Of a DNA stretch of 27,082 bases, positions 8,960 to 17,915 are shown in pieces (the first letter of the stretch is position 1; every line of letters starts with the position of its first letter). A program made the translations under genes and the position numbers. The stretch is from positions 1 through 27,082 of the forward strand of contig CAYNIO010000001.1 in the NCBI GenBank assembly GCA_964397495.1. Reading direction: 5' to 3'. Source of the DNA: an uncultured Planctomycetia bacterium. GTDB lineage: Bacteria > Omnitrophota > Gorgyraeia > Duberdicusellales > CBEUCJ01. The notes under the pieces were generated by a model. That model searched no databases. It worked only from the letters and a program-made list of their open reading frames with translations, and was not told where the DNA came from.

Positions 8960-9011
8960 CTATAAAATGAAAAATTTTATGAATGGATATCTTAAATAGG
9001 AAGGATGTATT

Positions 9012-10097
9012 TTATCCTTCTCCGCGTGAGGCAACTATCAGTCTCTTCAGGTACCCAAACTCCTCCAGGACTTTGCCTGTGCCTAAGGCTACAGCAGTTA
9101 TGGGGTCATCGGCTACAAATACAGGCAGACCCGTCTCTTGTGCTAAGAGTTTATCCAGCCCTCTTAAAAGAGAACCCCCTCCTGCCAAGACTATTCCCCT
9201 CTCAATCAAATCTGCAGCCAACTCTGGAGGAGTCCTTTCTAAAGTAATTTTGGTAGCTTCTATAATTTCCCTTATGGGAGACTCCAAAGCCTCCCTCACC
9301 TCTTGAGAGGTTATCTTTACATGTTTGGGCAGACCCACAATTAAATCTCTCCCCTTAACCTCCATCTCCATCTCTTCCTCCTGAGGGTAGGCTGAACCTA
9401 TTTTTATCTTTATCTCCTCAGCAGTACGTTCGCCTATCATAAGGTTATAGTTTTTCTTCATATATTCAATTATGGCTTCGTCCATCTCGTCTCCGCCTAT
9501 CCTTATAGATTTAGCAAATACTATACCCCCTAGAGAAATGACTGCAATCTCAGTGGTGCCTCCACCGATATCAATAATCATACACCCTGTTGGCTCCTCA
9601 ATGGGAAGACCCACACCTATGGCTCCTGCTAAAGGCTCTTCAATCCAGAAGACGTCTCTGGCACCTGCTTTAAAAGCAGACTCTTTGACTGCGCGCTTCT
9701 CCACCTCGGTTATCCCCGAGGGGATAGCGATTACCATTCTGGGCCTCCCCGAAAACCTTCCAGGATTAACCTTCTTTATAAAATAGCGGAGCATCTTTTC
9801 TGAAATATCAAAATCCGCTATAACTCCGTCTTTCATAGGCCTTATAGCCACAATGCTACCTGGTGTTTTTCCCAGCATACGTTTGGCTTCGGCCCCCACT
9901 GCCAGAACGTTATTGGTTCCCTTCTGTATGGCTACCACTGAAGGCTCGCATAAGGCTATACCTTGGTTCTTAACGTAGATAAGCGTGGTGGCTGTGCCTA
10001 AATCTACGCCTATATCGTTAGAGAAGAGACCTAGAATCTTATCGCTTACTCTAGTGAATCTTTCTTTTAACTGAGAGGTAAGATTTAAAGGCATCAT
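9012..10097 (-). CDS. mreB: Rod shape-determining actin homologue MreB
   Basis: [56 protein letters not shown]. Start could be either of two tandem ATGs (10097 or 10094). Confidence 0.97.
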   Translation of the reverse strand: MMPLNLTSQLKERFTRVSDKILGLFSNDIGVDLGTATTLIYVKNQGIALCEPSVVAIQKGTNNVLAVGAEAKRMLGKTPGSIVAIRPMKDGVIADFDISEKMLRYFIKKVNPGRFSGRPRMVIAIPSGITEVEKRAVKESAFKAGARDVFWIEEPLAGAIGVGLPIEEPTGCMIIDIGGGTTEIAVISLGGIVFAKSIRIGGDEMDEAIIEYMKKNYNLMIGERTAEEIKIKIGSAYPQEEEMEMEVKGRDLIVGLPKHVKITSQEVREALESPIREIIEATKITLERTPPELAADLIERGIVLAGGGSLLRGLDKLLAQETGLPVFVADDPITAVALGTGKVLEEFGYLKRLIVASRGEG

Positions 10098-10107
10098 TTT
10101 TCCTAAA

Positions 10108-10136
10108 AATTTACCAGAGAGACTCTAATCTGTCAA
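10108..10136 (-). promoter_or_regulatory. Sigma70-type promoter for mreB-mrdA-rodA
   Basis: Minus strand TTGACA (10136-10131), 17-nt spacer ending in TGG (extended -10 TG-n), TAAATT (10113-10108). Confidence 0.65.
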
Positions 10137-10210
10137 CAAATAAAAGACCCCTTGGCAATCTTTTTTGACTCTGGCAAAATAATCCTTGAAATAATTGACC
10201 TATTTAGATA

Positions 10211-11524
10211 TCAGCTTCTAACCAACCTTTTTATAAATCTAAAAAAATAAGGAAAAGATTTAGAAACGCATTCAGGATGGTCAATCCTGCAAGCCCCTTT
10301 ACATACCTGCGAGGCTACAAATAGACTTAAGAATGTGCGATGGTCAGAAAAACTCTTAAGAAAAGTTCCCTTTAAAACAACGGGGCCTTTTATATAAACA
10401 AAGTAATCCCCTTTTTTCTGAATAACTTTTATTTTTGCGCCCATCCTCTTTAGATTGTAAACCATAGAGTTTATGCGGTCAGTCTCCTTAACTTTGAGTT
10501 CGCCACAATTGTTTATAACACTCTCACCTTGGGATTGGGTAGCCAAAACCATAAATAAAGGCAGTTCATCTATAAGGCGGGGGATTTCTTCTTTATTAAT
10601 CTGAATTGATTTAAGACAAGAGTTTGCCACTTCAACATCTCCGTAGACTTCTGGAATGCTCTCCTTTATGTAAATCTTGATATCTGCCCCCATCCTTCTA
10701 AGGACATCCAGAAAACCTGCGCGGGTAGGGTTGAGGCATACATCCTTTATTAAAAGACGGGAATTTTTGACGAGAAGACTTACAGCCAAAAAGTAAGACG
10801 CAGTAGAAATATCTGAAGGAACAAAAACCTCTCCGGGGTTTCTAAGGGAGGAATTTTCTATGAAGATACTGTTATTTTTTATCTTTATCTTTGCCCCCAT
10901 AAATTTAAGGAATCTTTCAGTATGGTCCCGTGATTTATAACTTTCCCTAATGCGTGTGATCCCTTGAGCATAAAGGGAAGCAAGCAGGATACACGATTTT
11001 ACCTGGGCTGAAGGCACAGGAAGACGGTAATCTATCCCTGTTAATCTCCTTACAGGCTCTATTTTAAGAGGGGGGTGCTCTTCTGTATTCACCCTCCTGC
11101 CGTGTATATCTGCACCCATTAATCTTAAAGGGCGAGTAATCCTCAACATAGGCCTGGAACTCAAAGACCTTCTTGACCTCAAAAGAGTAGGAAATTTTTG
11201 TGCAGAGAGTAGGCCTGCCAGCAACCTTATGGTAGTGCCGGAATCTCTACAATTTATGCCTGAAGAAGGTGCCTTAAGCCCTCTCTTCCCTCTGCCTTCG
11301 ATAACCAGTCCCCCTTTTTCAAACTCATATTTTATGCCCATCTTCTCAAAAGCCCCTAACGTTGCCAGTGTATCGTCGCATATTAAAGGATTCTTTATTC
11401 TCACTTTCCCCCTGCATAAAGAAGACAAAATTATTGCCCTGTGGGTAATGGACTTATCGCCCCCAAGACTTAAAGTACCCTCCCAGGAAGGTATGCGTGG
11501 AAAAATAAAATATTTAGTACTCAC
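10211..11524 (-). CDS. aroA: 3-phosphoshikimate 1-carboxyvinyltransferase (EPSP synthase)
   Basis: GDKSITHRA, SGTTIRL, SAQVKS, SRDHTER, LIDELP, KETDRI, DHR motifs; GTG start. Confidence 0.95.
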   Translation of the reverse strand: MSTKYFIFPRIPSWEGTLSLGGDKSITHRAIILSSLCRGKVRIKNPLICDDTLATLGAFEKMGIKYEFEKGGLVIEGRGKRGLKAPSSGINCRDSGTTIRLLAGLLSAQKFPTLLRSRRSLSSRPMLRITRPLRLMGADIHGRRVNTEEHPPLKIEPVRRLTGIDYRLPVPSAQVKSCILLASLYAQGITRIRESYKSRDHTERFLKFMGAKIKIKNNSIFIENSSLRNPGEVFVPSDISTASYFLAVSLLVKNSRLLIKDVCLNPTRAGFLDVLRRMGADIKIYIKESIPEVYGDVEVANSCLKSIQINKEEIPRLIDELPLFMVLATQSQGESVINNCGELKVKETDRINSMVYNLKRMGAKIKVIQKKGDYFVYIKGPVVLKGTFLKSFSDHRTFLSLFVASQVCKGACRIDHPECVSKSFPYFFRFIKRLVRS

Positions 11525-11531
11525 AGATGAA

Positions 11532-11540
11532 ATTCTATCA
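11532..11540 (-). promoter_or_regulatory. Extended -10 promoter element for aroA
   Basis: Minus strand TG-A-TAGAAT ending 7 nt before the GTG at 11524; no convincing -35 box at 17-nt spacing (TTTGTT). Confidence 0.5.
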
Positions 11541-11592
11541 CGAAACTAAAGACTAACAAAGGCAAAATAATCATAAACTGCATAAAAACTAA

Positions 11593-12513
11593 TTATAAAT
11601 AAGATTTATTTACAAGGATCTTGCGGAAATCTTCAGGCAAAGGAGACCTAAATTCCATATAATCACTGCTTTGGGGGTGGACAAATCCCAAAAGGTAAGC
11701 GTGCAAACACAATCTAACTCCCTTTTGGGAACGATGATACTTAGGGTCTCCAATTATAGGATGACCTAAAAATTTAAGGTGGACTCTTAACTGGTGGGTT
11801 CTTCCTGTGTAAGGCTCCAATAATAATAGAGTGGCGTGCTTAAATCTTTTCAATACCCTGTAACGGGTAAAGGCAGACTTGGCCTTTACAAATGAAACTT
11901 TGAATTTTGTAGGGTCCTTGCGAGAACGACCTAGAGGAACCTCAATAAACCCTTGGGCGTGTCTAACTACACCCTCCACTAAAGCCAAATACTGCCTCCT
12001 TATCGTATGGAGGGAAAACTGACGCGCCAACTCACTGTGAATATAATCTTCAAAAGCCACAACCATTACGCCTGAAGTATCCCTGTCTAAACGGTGCACA
12101 ATTCCTGGACGTGGAGTATCCATCCTTGAAAGTTTAGGGTACCTATAAAGAAGAGCATTGACTAAAGTCTTGGTCTTATTGGTAGAAGTGGGGTGCACTA
12201 CCAACCCCGAAGGCTTATCTACAACTGCCAAGCAATGGTCTTGGTAGAGTATTCTCAAAGGATACCTCCAGGCAGAGATATTTGAATCAGCCTGAGGAAT
12301 GCAAAGGAGCACCTTTTCTGCGCCTTTAACCTTATAGGAAGGTTTTACCTTGATATTTCCTACACTGACTAAACTCTTAGAGAAAAGATCTTTAATGAAA
12401 GAACGAGAAAATCTTCCCTGCAAGGCCTCAAAGAGCGCCTTGTCCAGCCTCTTGCCCCTATAATTCTTACCAAGAGTTAAGACTATTTTCTGGGATTTAA
12501 GAAAAGATACCAT
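11593..12513 (-). CDS. rluD: RluA/RluD-family 23S rRNA pseudouridine synthase with S4 domain
   Basis: S4-like KRLDKAL, VDKPSGLVVHP, catalytic GIVHRLDRDTSG, TGRTHQLRVH, GDPKY, LHA; follows lspA as is common. Confidence 0.92.
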   Translation of the reverse strand: MVSFLKSQKIVLTLGKNYRGKRLDKALFEALQGRFSRSFIKDLFSKSLVSVGNIKVKPSYKVKGAEKVLLCIPQADSNISAWRYPLRILYQDHCLAVVDKPSGLVVHPTSTNKTKTLVNALLYRYPKLSRMDTPRPGIVHRLDRDTSGVMVVAFEDYIHSELARQFSLHTIRRQYLALVEGVVRHAQGFIEVPLGRSRKDPTKFKVSFVKAKSAFTRYRVLKRFKHATLLLLEPYTGRTHQLRVHLKFLGHPIIGDPKYHRSQKGVRLCLHAYLLGFVHPQSSDYMEFRSPLPEDFRKILVNKSYL

Positions 12514-12926
12514 ACCCCTAAGAGAATTACCCCTGCAGTAATAAAAATGTCGGCAAGGTTAAATACTGGAAGAATCCTTATGTCTATAAAGTCTATCACC
12601 CCCCCATACAGAAACCTATCGCAAAGGTTGGAGAAGGCCCCGCTGATTATGCCCACAAAACCACAATAACCCCACACCCCCAAAGACTTCCTTTCAGAGG
12701 CGAAGCTAATTAATACTATTGCCCCTATAATTAAAGATGTGGCAATCCATACCAGATTAAACCCCCTGCCCAAACCAAAAAGCGTGCCTGTATTCCTTAC
12801 CAGATAGAATCTGAAAAAACCCAGATTTAACCCCTCCTTTAAGGAATTCAGGGCCCAAAATTTTGCAAGGCGGTCTAAAAAGACCAATAAGGATATAAAG
12901 AGGGCATCCTTAAGAAGCCTTCTCAC
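12483..12926 (-). CDS. lspA: Lipoprotein signal peptidase (signal peptidase II)
   Basis: Hydrophobic protein with NTGTLFG, GAFSNLCDR, VIDFID, VFNLAD; GTG start. Confidence 0.92.
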   Translation of the reverse strand: MRRLLKDALFISLLVFLDRLAKFWALNSLKEGLNLGFFRFYLVRNTGTLFGLGRGFNLVWIATSLIIGAIVLISFASERKSLGVWGYCGFVGIISGAFSNLCDRFLYGGVIDFIDIRILPVFNLADIFITAGVILLGVWYLFLNPRK

Positions 12927-13302
12927 GCTTCTCTTGACATTTTTTGCAAAGGAGCGCGTAAGGCAGAACTTTAAGGCGGGATTTGGCTATGGGCTTTTTG
13001 CAATCCATACATATGCCGTAAGTACCTTCCTCTATCCTGTGCAGAGCCTCATCAATAGCCATCAGGACTTCGCGCTCATTGGAAGCAAGTTCAAGATTTA
13101 ACTCCTTCTCAAAATTATCTGAGGCTATATCTGCCATATGCAGGGTATAGGAAGAGAGATTTCCCGAAGCCTCTTTAGAATTTAGGCGCGATTCTTTATT
13201 TATATGGTCAATCTCATCTATGATGTCCTCGCGCATTTTGAGCAAAAGTTTCTTAAATTCCTTCATCTGAGTTTTTGTCATTTTTTTTGCGGATCTGCCC
13301 AT
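12910..13302 (-). CDS. dksA: TraR/DksA-family C4 zinc-finger transcription factor
   Basis: Coiled coil with HMADIASD tip, ALHRIEEGTYGICMDC...CKKC. Start moved to ATG 13302, which follows a strong SD (AAAGGAGGAGAT); the track start at 13350 overlaps ileS. Confidence 0.88.
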   Translation of the reverse strand: MGRSAKKMTKTQMKEFKKLLLKMREDIIDEIDHINKESRLNSKEASGNLSSYTLHMADIASDNFEKELNLELASNEREVLMAIDEALHRIEEGTYGICMDCKKPIAKSRLKVLPYALLCKKCQEKREKAS

Positions 13303-13330
13303 ATCTCCTCCTTTGAAAGAATGCTTATTA

Positions 13331-16108
13331 CTAAAAATCCTTGTCCTCAAGGACTAAGACACACCGTTGGCAAATATCAGGAAAATCTTTATTGTTGCCT
13401 ACAGTAGTTGAATAATTCCAGCACCTTAAACATTTCTTGCCTTGAGCGCGTTCTACAATTATATCCAAAGTCTCAGCCTTTTCAAGTTTAACAGAAGAGA
13501 CGATAAAAATCCACTCTAAATTCGTATTTATATCTCTTAAAAAATTATAAAACCCTAAGGGGGCTTTAATAACAAGGGAAGCCTCCAGAGACGAGCCTAT
13601 CAACCCTTGCTGGCGCTTCTCCTCAAGGGCCTTGGTAACTTGGTCCCTAAATTCAAAAAGAAGTTTATTGTATTTATTTAAAATTTCCTCATTTTTAAAG
13701 ACTGAATCGAGTTCTATCCAGGAACTTAAAAAAACAGAGTCTTCTTTTTCCAAACCCAAGTTTTTAGCCGCCCTGAAAGCCTCTTCAGCGGTGAAACTTA
13801 AAATGGGAGAGAGCACTCTGGTAAAGAATTTTATAAGGTAGTAAAGCACGCTCTGGGCAGAACGCCTGGGCCTGCCTTCCTTTCTTAAAGTGTAAAGTCT
13901 GTCCTTAAGGATATCGAAATAAATATTGCTTAAGTCCACTACGCAGAATTTGTAAATATCTTGATAAACTTTAAAAAAGGCATAATCCTCATAAAAACCC
14001 TCTATCCTCTCAAGAATTTGGCAAAGGCGGGATAAAGCCCATTTGTCTATCTCCAAAAGTTGCCGGTAGTCTAAAACGTCCTGGGGAGAAAAATCATAGA
14101 GATTGCCTAAAATAAATCTCAAGGTATTCCTTATCTTCCTGTAAGACTCTACCACCTGAGAAACAATGTGAGGAGACATCTTGACATCCTGATGGTAGTC
14201 AGAAAAACATGCCCAGAGTCTGAGAATCTCTGCCCCGTAACCTTTTACCACCTCCTGAGGTGAAACTACATTCCCTAAGGATTTGGACATCTTCCTCCCC
14301 TTCTCGTCAACCACAAATCCGTGAGTTAAAACCTCTCTGTAAGGAGGTCCTTTGCCTATGCCTATCGCAGGAATTAAAGAAACCTGAAACCAGCCTCGAT
14401 GCTGGTCCGAGCCTTCAAGATACAAATCTGCGGGGAAACCCAAGTTATTATCGCTCATCAACACTGCGTAAAAACTCGCCCCTGACTCAAACCATACATC
14501 CAAAATATCGCCCTGCTTCCTGAAAGACTTTCCTGAACAATGCTTGCAAGAATAACCTGCAGGCAACAATTCCTCTTCAGTTCTTGAAAAATAGATATCG
14601 CTCCCCTCTTTCTCCACCAAATCTGCTAAATGCAAGATAATCTCCTTCTCTATAATAATTCTTTTGCAGTTTTCGCACCTAAATACAGGAAGAGGCACTC
14701 CCCACAGCCTCTGCCTTGAAAGGCACCAATGAGGACGCAATTCAACCATAGAAGATATACGCTCTTTACCCGATGAGGGAACCCACCTCACCTGCGATAT
14801 GGCTTTTAATACCTTATCTCTTAAATCTTTATGGTCGACATCGAAAAAATATTGGTAGGTAGCGCGAAATATTATAGGGTTTTTGCATCTCCAGCAAAAA
14901 GGATAACTGTGGACAATCTTCTCCTCATAAAGAAGCAAACCCCTCTCCTTAAGTATGGCTATGATGAGGGGGTTAGAAGCATAAACATCTTTCCCTTTCA
15001 GGAGTTGGGGCACATAATCATCGTCTTTAAATCTGCCTTCATCATTTACAGGAACGAGTACCTCAAGGTTATACTTCTTGCCTATCTGGAAATCTTCCTC
15101 TCCATGCCCAGGGGCAATATGTACTATGCCTGTACCCTCCTCGCCAGAGACAAAATCTGCAAGAATTACTCTAGAATCCCTGGAAATAAAGGGGTGTTCA
15201 AGCAAGGCGCCTTCCAAATCTCTGCCTCTAAAATCTTGAATAACTTTATAAGTCTTAAGGGAAAGTTTGTCTAAAAGAGGATGGATTAAATCCCTGGCCA
15301 AAACCATCTTTTTAATCTTTCCTTCCAATTCTACCTCTATAAGGCAATAGGATAAATTGGGATTTACTGCGCAAGCCACATTCCCCAACAAGGTCCAAGG
15401 AGTTGTGGTCCATACTGCAAAATATAAATCCTCTGAAGGCAACCCTGCGGGCATATCCTTAACAGGGAAGAGTATGTATATCGAAGGCGACTCCTTGTCA
15501 TAATATTCCACCTCTGCTTCTGCCAGAGCAGTCTGGCAACTCTTACACCAGTTTACAGGCTTAAGGTCTCTGTAAATATATCCCTCCTGCGCCAAAAGGG
15601 AAAACAACCTCAATACCTGGGCTTCATATTTCCTGTCCAAAGTAAGATAAGGATTCTCCCAATCTGCAAATATTCCCAGCCTTTTAAAATCCTCCCTCTG
15701 AATATTTACAAATTTTAAGGCATAATCTTTAGCCATCTTTCTAAACTCTAAAATCTCAACTTGGGCCTTATCTTTGTTTATCTCCTTAAATAACTGATGT
15801 TCCACAGGGAGACCGTGGCAATCCCAGCCTGGCTTCATATACACTCTAAAGCCCTTAAGAGACTTATACTTAAGAACTATATCCTTTAAGATTTTATTGA
15901 GAGCATGACCTATGTGTATAGGGCCATTGGCATACGGCGGGCCATCGTGAAGGACAAACTTTGGAGAATCCTTATTCTTCTTTAACATCCTCTCGTAGAC
16001 ATACCCCTCTTTCCAGAAGGAAAGAAATTGAGGCTCCTTTTTGCTAAGGTTGGCCTTCATAGAAAAATCGGTCTGGGGAAGATTGAGAGTAGAACGCCAG
16101 TCTTTCAT
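13331..16108 (-). CDS. ileS: Isoleucine--tRNA ligase (bacterial type 1)
   Basis: HDGPPYANGPIHIGH, WDCHGLPVE, WTTTPWT, GTGIVHIAPGHG, WCLSRQRLWG, EGSDQHRGWF, KMSKS, C-terminal CLRC...CQRC. Confidence 0.98.
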   Translation of the reverse strand: MKDWRSTLNLPQTDFSMKANLSKKEPQFLSFWKEGYVYERMLKKNKDSPKFVLHDGPPYANGPIHIGHALNKILKDIVLKYKSLKGFRVYMKPGWDCHGLPVEHQLFKEINKDKAQVEILEFRKMAKDYALKFVNIQREDFKRLGIFADWENPYLTLDRKYEAQVLRLFSLLAQEGYIYRDLKPVNWCKSCQTALAEAEVEYYDKESPSIYILFPVKDMPAGLPSEDLYFAVWTTTPWTLLGNVACAVNPNLSYCLIEVELEGKIKKMVLARDLIHPLLDKLSLKTYKVIQDFRGRDLEGALLEHPFISRDSRVILADFVSGEEGTGIVHIAPGHGEEDFQIGKKYNLEVLVPVNDEGRFKDDDYVPQLLKGKDVYASNPLIIAILKERGLLLYEEKIVHSYPFCWRCKNPIIFRATYQYFFDVDHKDLRDKVLKAISQVRWVPSSGKERISSMVELRPHWCLSRQRLWGVPLPVFRCENCKRIIIEKEIILHLADLVEKEGSDIYFSRTEEELLPAGYSCKHCSGKSFRKQGDILDVWFESGASFYAVLMSDNNLGFPADLYLEGSDQHRGWFQVSLIPAIGIGKGPPYREVLTHGFVVDEKGRKMSKSLGNVVSPQEVVKGYGAEILRLWACFSDYHQDVKMSPHIVSQVVESYRKIRNTLRFILGNLYDFSPQDVLDYRQLLEIDKWALSRLCQILERIEGFYEDYAFFKVYQDIYKFCVVDLSNIYFDILKDRLYTLRKEGRPRRSAQSVLYYLIKFFTRVLSPILSFTAEEAFRAAKNLGLEKEDSVFLSSWIELDSVFKNEEILNKYNKLLFEFRDQVTKALEEKRQQGLIGSSLEASLVIKAPLGFYNFLRDINTNLEWIFIVSSVKLEKAETLDIIVERAQGKKCLRCWNYSTTVGNNKDFPDICQRCVLVLEDKDF

Positions 16109-16971
16109 TAAAGGTACCTTTCTATTATGGGTCTGAGTTTTTTCTTGAGTTTTGGAGGAATAAGGTGTTTAGGTGTTACGATGCTATCCCTCAAGGCATC
16201 CTTGCAACTGCAGGTCCTCTCTTCAGGAATCTTAGGTATGAGCGCCTTGAGTATCTTTTTGGCATTCTTAATATTCTTCAAGAGGTTGTCAACTACCATC
16301 TGGGCAGTAACCTCTTCATGGTGGGGATGCCAACAGTCATAGTCTGTAACTGCAGCCAGAGTAACATAACACATCTCTGCCTCGCGGGCTAACTTTGCCT
16401 CAGCGAGGTTAGTCATACCAATGATATCAAACCCCATCTTCCTGTAGAATTGGGACTCAGCCAAAGTAGAAAATTGAGGACCTTCCATATTTACGTATAC
16501 CCCTCCCATATGCACACCTACTCCTGCCTCCCTACAGGATTCATAGACTATGCTTCTAAGTTCGCTACATACAGGTTGAGAAAATCCTACATGGACCACG
16601 CAGCCCTTTTCTAAGAAGAAACTGCATTGACGCCCAGAATTGGTACGGTCAAAGAACTGGTCAGGGATAACAAAATCCAGAGGCTTCAGTTCCTCCTTTA
16701 AACTACCACAGGCAGAGACAGAAATAATCCTCTCCACACCCAACATCTTAAAGGCGCAGATATTAGCCTGAAAATTTAAACTTGTAGGAGGAATTTTATG
16801 GCCGCGGCCATGACGAGGCAGAAAGGCCAATTTTCTTCCCTCTAATTCTCCAATAACTATACTATCGGATGGCCTGCCAAAAGGAGTATTAACATTTATT
16901 CTGCGTCTTTTCTTAAGGCCCTCTATCTCATAAAGACCACTTCCGCCAATTATACCAATCTTCACCTTCAT
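16108..16971 (-). CDS. mtnP: S-methyl-5'-thioadenosine phosphorylase (MTAP)
   Basis: GIIGGSGLY, LPRHGRGH, VSACGSL, PDQFFD, EGPQFSTLAES, IGMT...EAKLAREA, VTDYDCW. Stop overlaps the ileS start (TAATG). Confidence 0.93.
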   Translation of the reverse strand: MKVKIGIIGGSGLYEIEGLKKRRRINVNTPFGRPSDSIVIGELEGRKLAFLPRHGRGHKIPPTSLNFQANICAFKMLGVERIISVSACGSLKEELKPLDFVIPDQFFDRTNSGRQCSFFLEKGCVVHVGFSQPVCSELRSIVYESCREAGVGVHMGGVYVNMEGPQFSTLAESQFYRKMGFDIIGMTNLAEAKLAREAEMCYVTLAAVTDYDCWHPHHEEVTAQMVVDNLLKNIKNAKKILKALIPKIPEERTCSCKDALRDSIVTPKHLIPPKLKKKLRPIIERYL

Positions 16972-17780
16972 CTCCCCAACCTCCTAGATAATTCTTTAGC
17001 CCTTAAATAAGCCTGCCTTAAGGCCTGCTTGTATATACTCTTAAGAGCATATCTTTCAAAAGTCTTCAGAGCCCTCTCAGTAGTCCCCTTTTTAGAGGCT
17101 ACGCTCTTTATCAATCTTGAAGTATCAAAATCAGAATCCTTCAAAATCTCTAAACTTGCAAGAAAAGTCTGGTAAAGAAGTTTAACACAAATTTCTCTGC
17201 CCAGTCCTAGAGAGCGACCTGCCTCAAGAAGAGATTCGAATACATAAAATATGTAGGCCGGCCCACTCCCTGAAAGGGCGGTAATTTTGTCTACATCTAT
17301 TTCTTTAACCCTAATACATAACCCGAAACTCTTCAAAACACTTAGGGCCATCTTCTCATCATTCGCATTGCAATTCCTGCCCAAAGAGTAAACGCTAGCA
17401 GATTTTCCAATCTTAGTTCCCAGATTAGGCATAACTCTGACTACAGGTTTATCCTTAAGATATTTTTCAAGAAAATTTAAACTTACTCCAGCAGCAATAC
17501 TTATAAAAATTATCCTTCTGGAAGGAAGGTGCTTCCTTATGTCCCCAAGGAGCATTCTTAAATCCTGGGGTTTTACACACAAAATTACTACCCTGCAAGT
17601 CGAAAGTATTTGGTTTACATTTTTAGCAAGAATTACCCTATACCTTTTTTGGCACTGTCTTGCCTTTAGAATATCGGTATCATAACCTATTATTCTAGTC
17701 TTAGAAAAATTGCGCCTTAAGGCGTGGGCAATCGACGAACCCATATTCCCTAAACCTATTATCCCTATAGCATATCTCAT
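16968..17780 (-). CDS. proC: Pyrroline-5-carboxylate reductase
   Basis: GIIGLGNMG, VKPQ, ISIAAG, VRVMPN, TALSGSGPAY, VASKKGTT; SD GAGG 7 nt upstream of the ATG. Confidence 0.95.
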   Translation of the reverse strand: MRYAIGIIGLGNMGSSIAHALRRNFSKTRIIGYDTDILKARQCQKRYRVILAKNVNQILSTCRVVILCVKPQDLRMLLGDIRKHLPSRRIIFISIAAGVSLNFLEKYLKDKPVVRVMPNLGTKIGKSASVYSLGRNCNANDEKMALSVLKSFGLCIRVKEIDVDKITALSGSGPAYIFYVFESLLEAGRSLGLGREICVKLLYQTFLASLEILKDSDFDTSRLIKSVASKKGTTERALKTFERYALKSIYKQALRQAYLRAKELSRRLGR

Positions 17781-17789
17781 TTGAGTGCC

Positions 17790-17873
17790 TCAAAAATCTA
17801 AAAACTCGGTAAGAATATCTGCTAATTTTAAACTATCTGGGCTTTTAATGCAATGGAAAAGTTGCAGCGCTGT
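17790..17873 (-). pseudogene. yggS: Putative remnant of yggS (PLP homeostasis protein)
   Basis: The intergenic frame reads *TALQLFHCIKSPDSLKLADILTEFLDF*, resembling the YggS core motif as I recall it (roughly AVxLFDxIHSVDSLxLAxEI), at the position just upstream of proC where yggS often sits. There is no start codon and it is flanked by stops. It overlaps a promoter-like motif, so the resemblance could be chance. Confidence 0.5.
17825..17853 (-). promoter_or_regulatory. Sigma70-type promoter for proC-mtnP-ileS-dksA-lspA-rluD
   Basis: Minus strand TTGCAT (17853-17848), 17-nt spacer, TAAAAT (17830-17825); about 40 nt of leader with an SD before proC. Confidence 0.6.
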
Positions 17874-17915
17874 TTAAGGGCCCTGCAAACTCTAAGGAAT
17901 ATTAGATTTTAGGCA

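Noticed and set aside
8960-9011. Possible MreD C-terminal remnant (IHPSYLRYPFIKFFIL* directly before the mrdA ATG)
   Set aside because: Too short and too AT-rich/hydrophobic by composition to be told from chance without a search.
10153-10177. Repeated TGGCAA / TTGCCA hexamers upstream of the mreB promoter, resembling a sigma54 -24 box
   Set aside because: No TTGC at the required -12 spacing, and the TGGCA orientation points away from mreB.
12910-13302. DksA-family protein with His in place of the first Asp of the DxxDxA tip (HMADIA)
   Set aside because: This variant is common among DksA/TraR-like proteins outside the Proteobacteria, so it is not notable by itself.
14831-15274. 147-aa plus-strand ORF, and the other plus-strand track ORFs (e.g. 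25830..26183, 24912..25262, 11229..11549, 9472..9786, 8983..9306)
   Set aside because: All lie antisense to well-supported conserved genes, show no recognisable motifs and are best explained as shadow ORFs.
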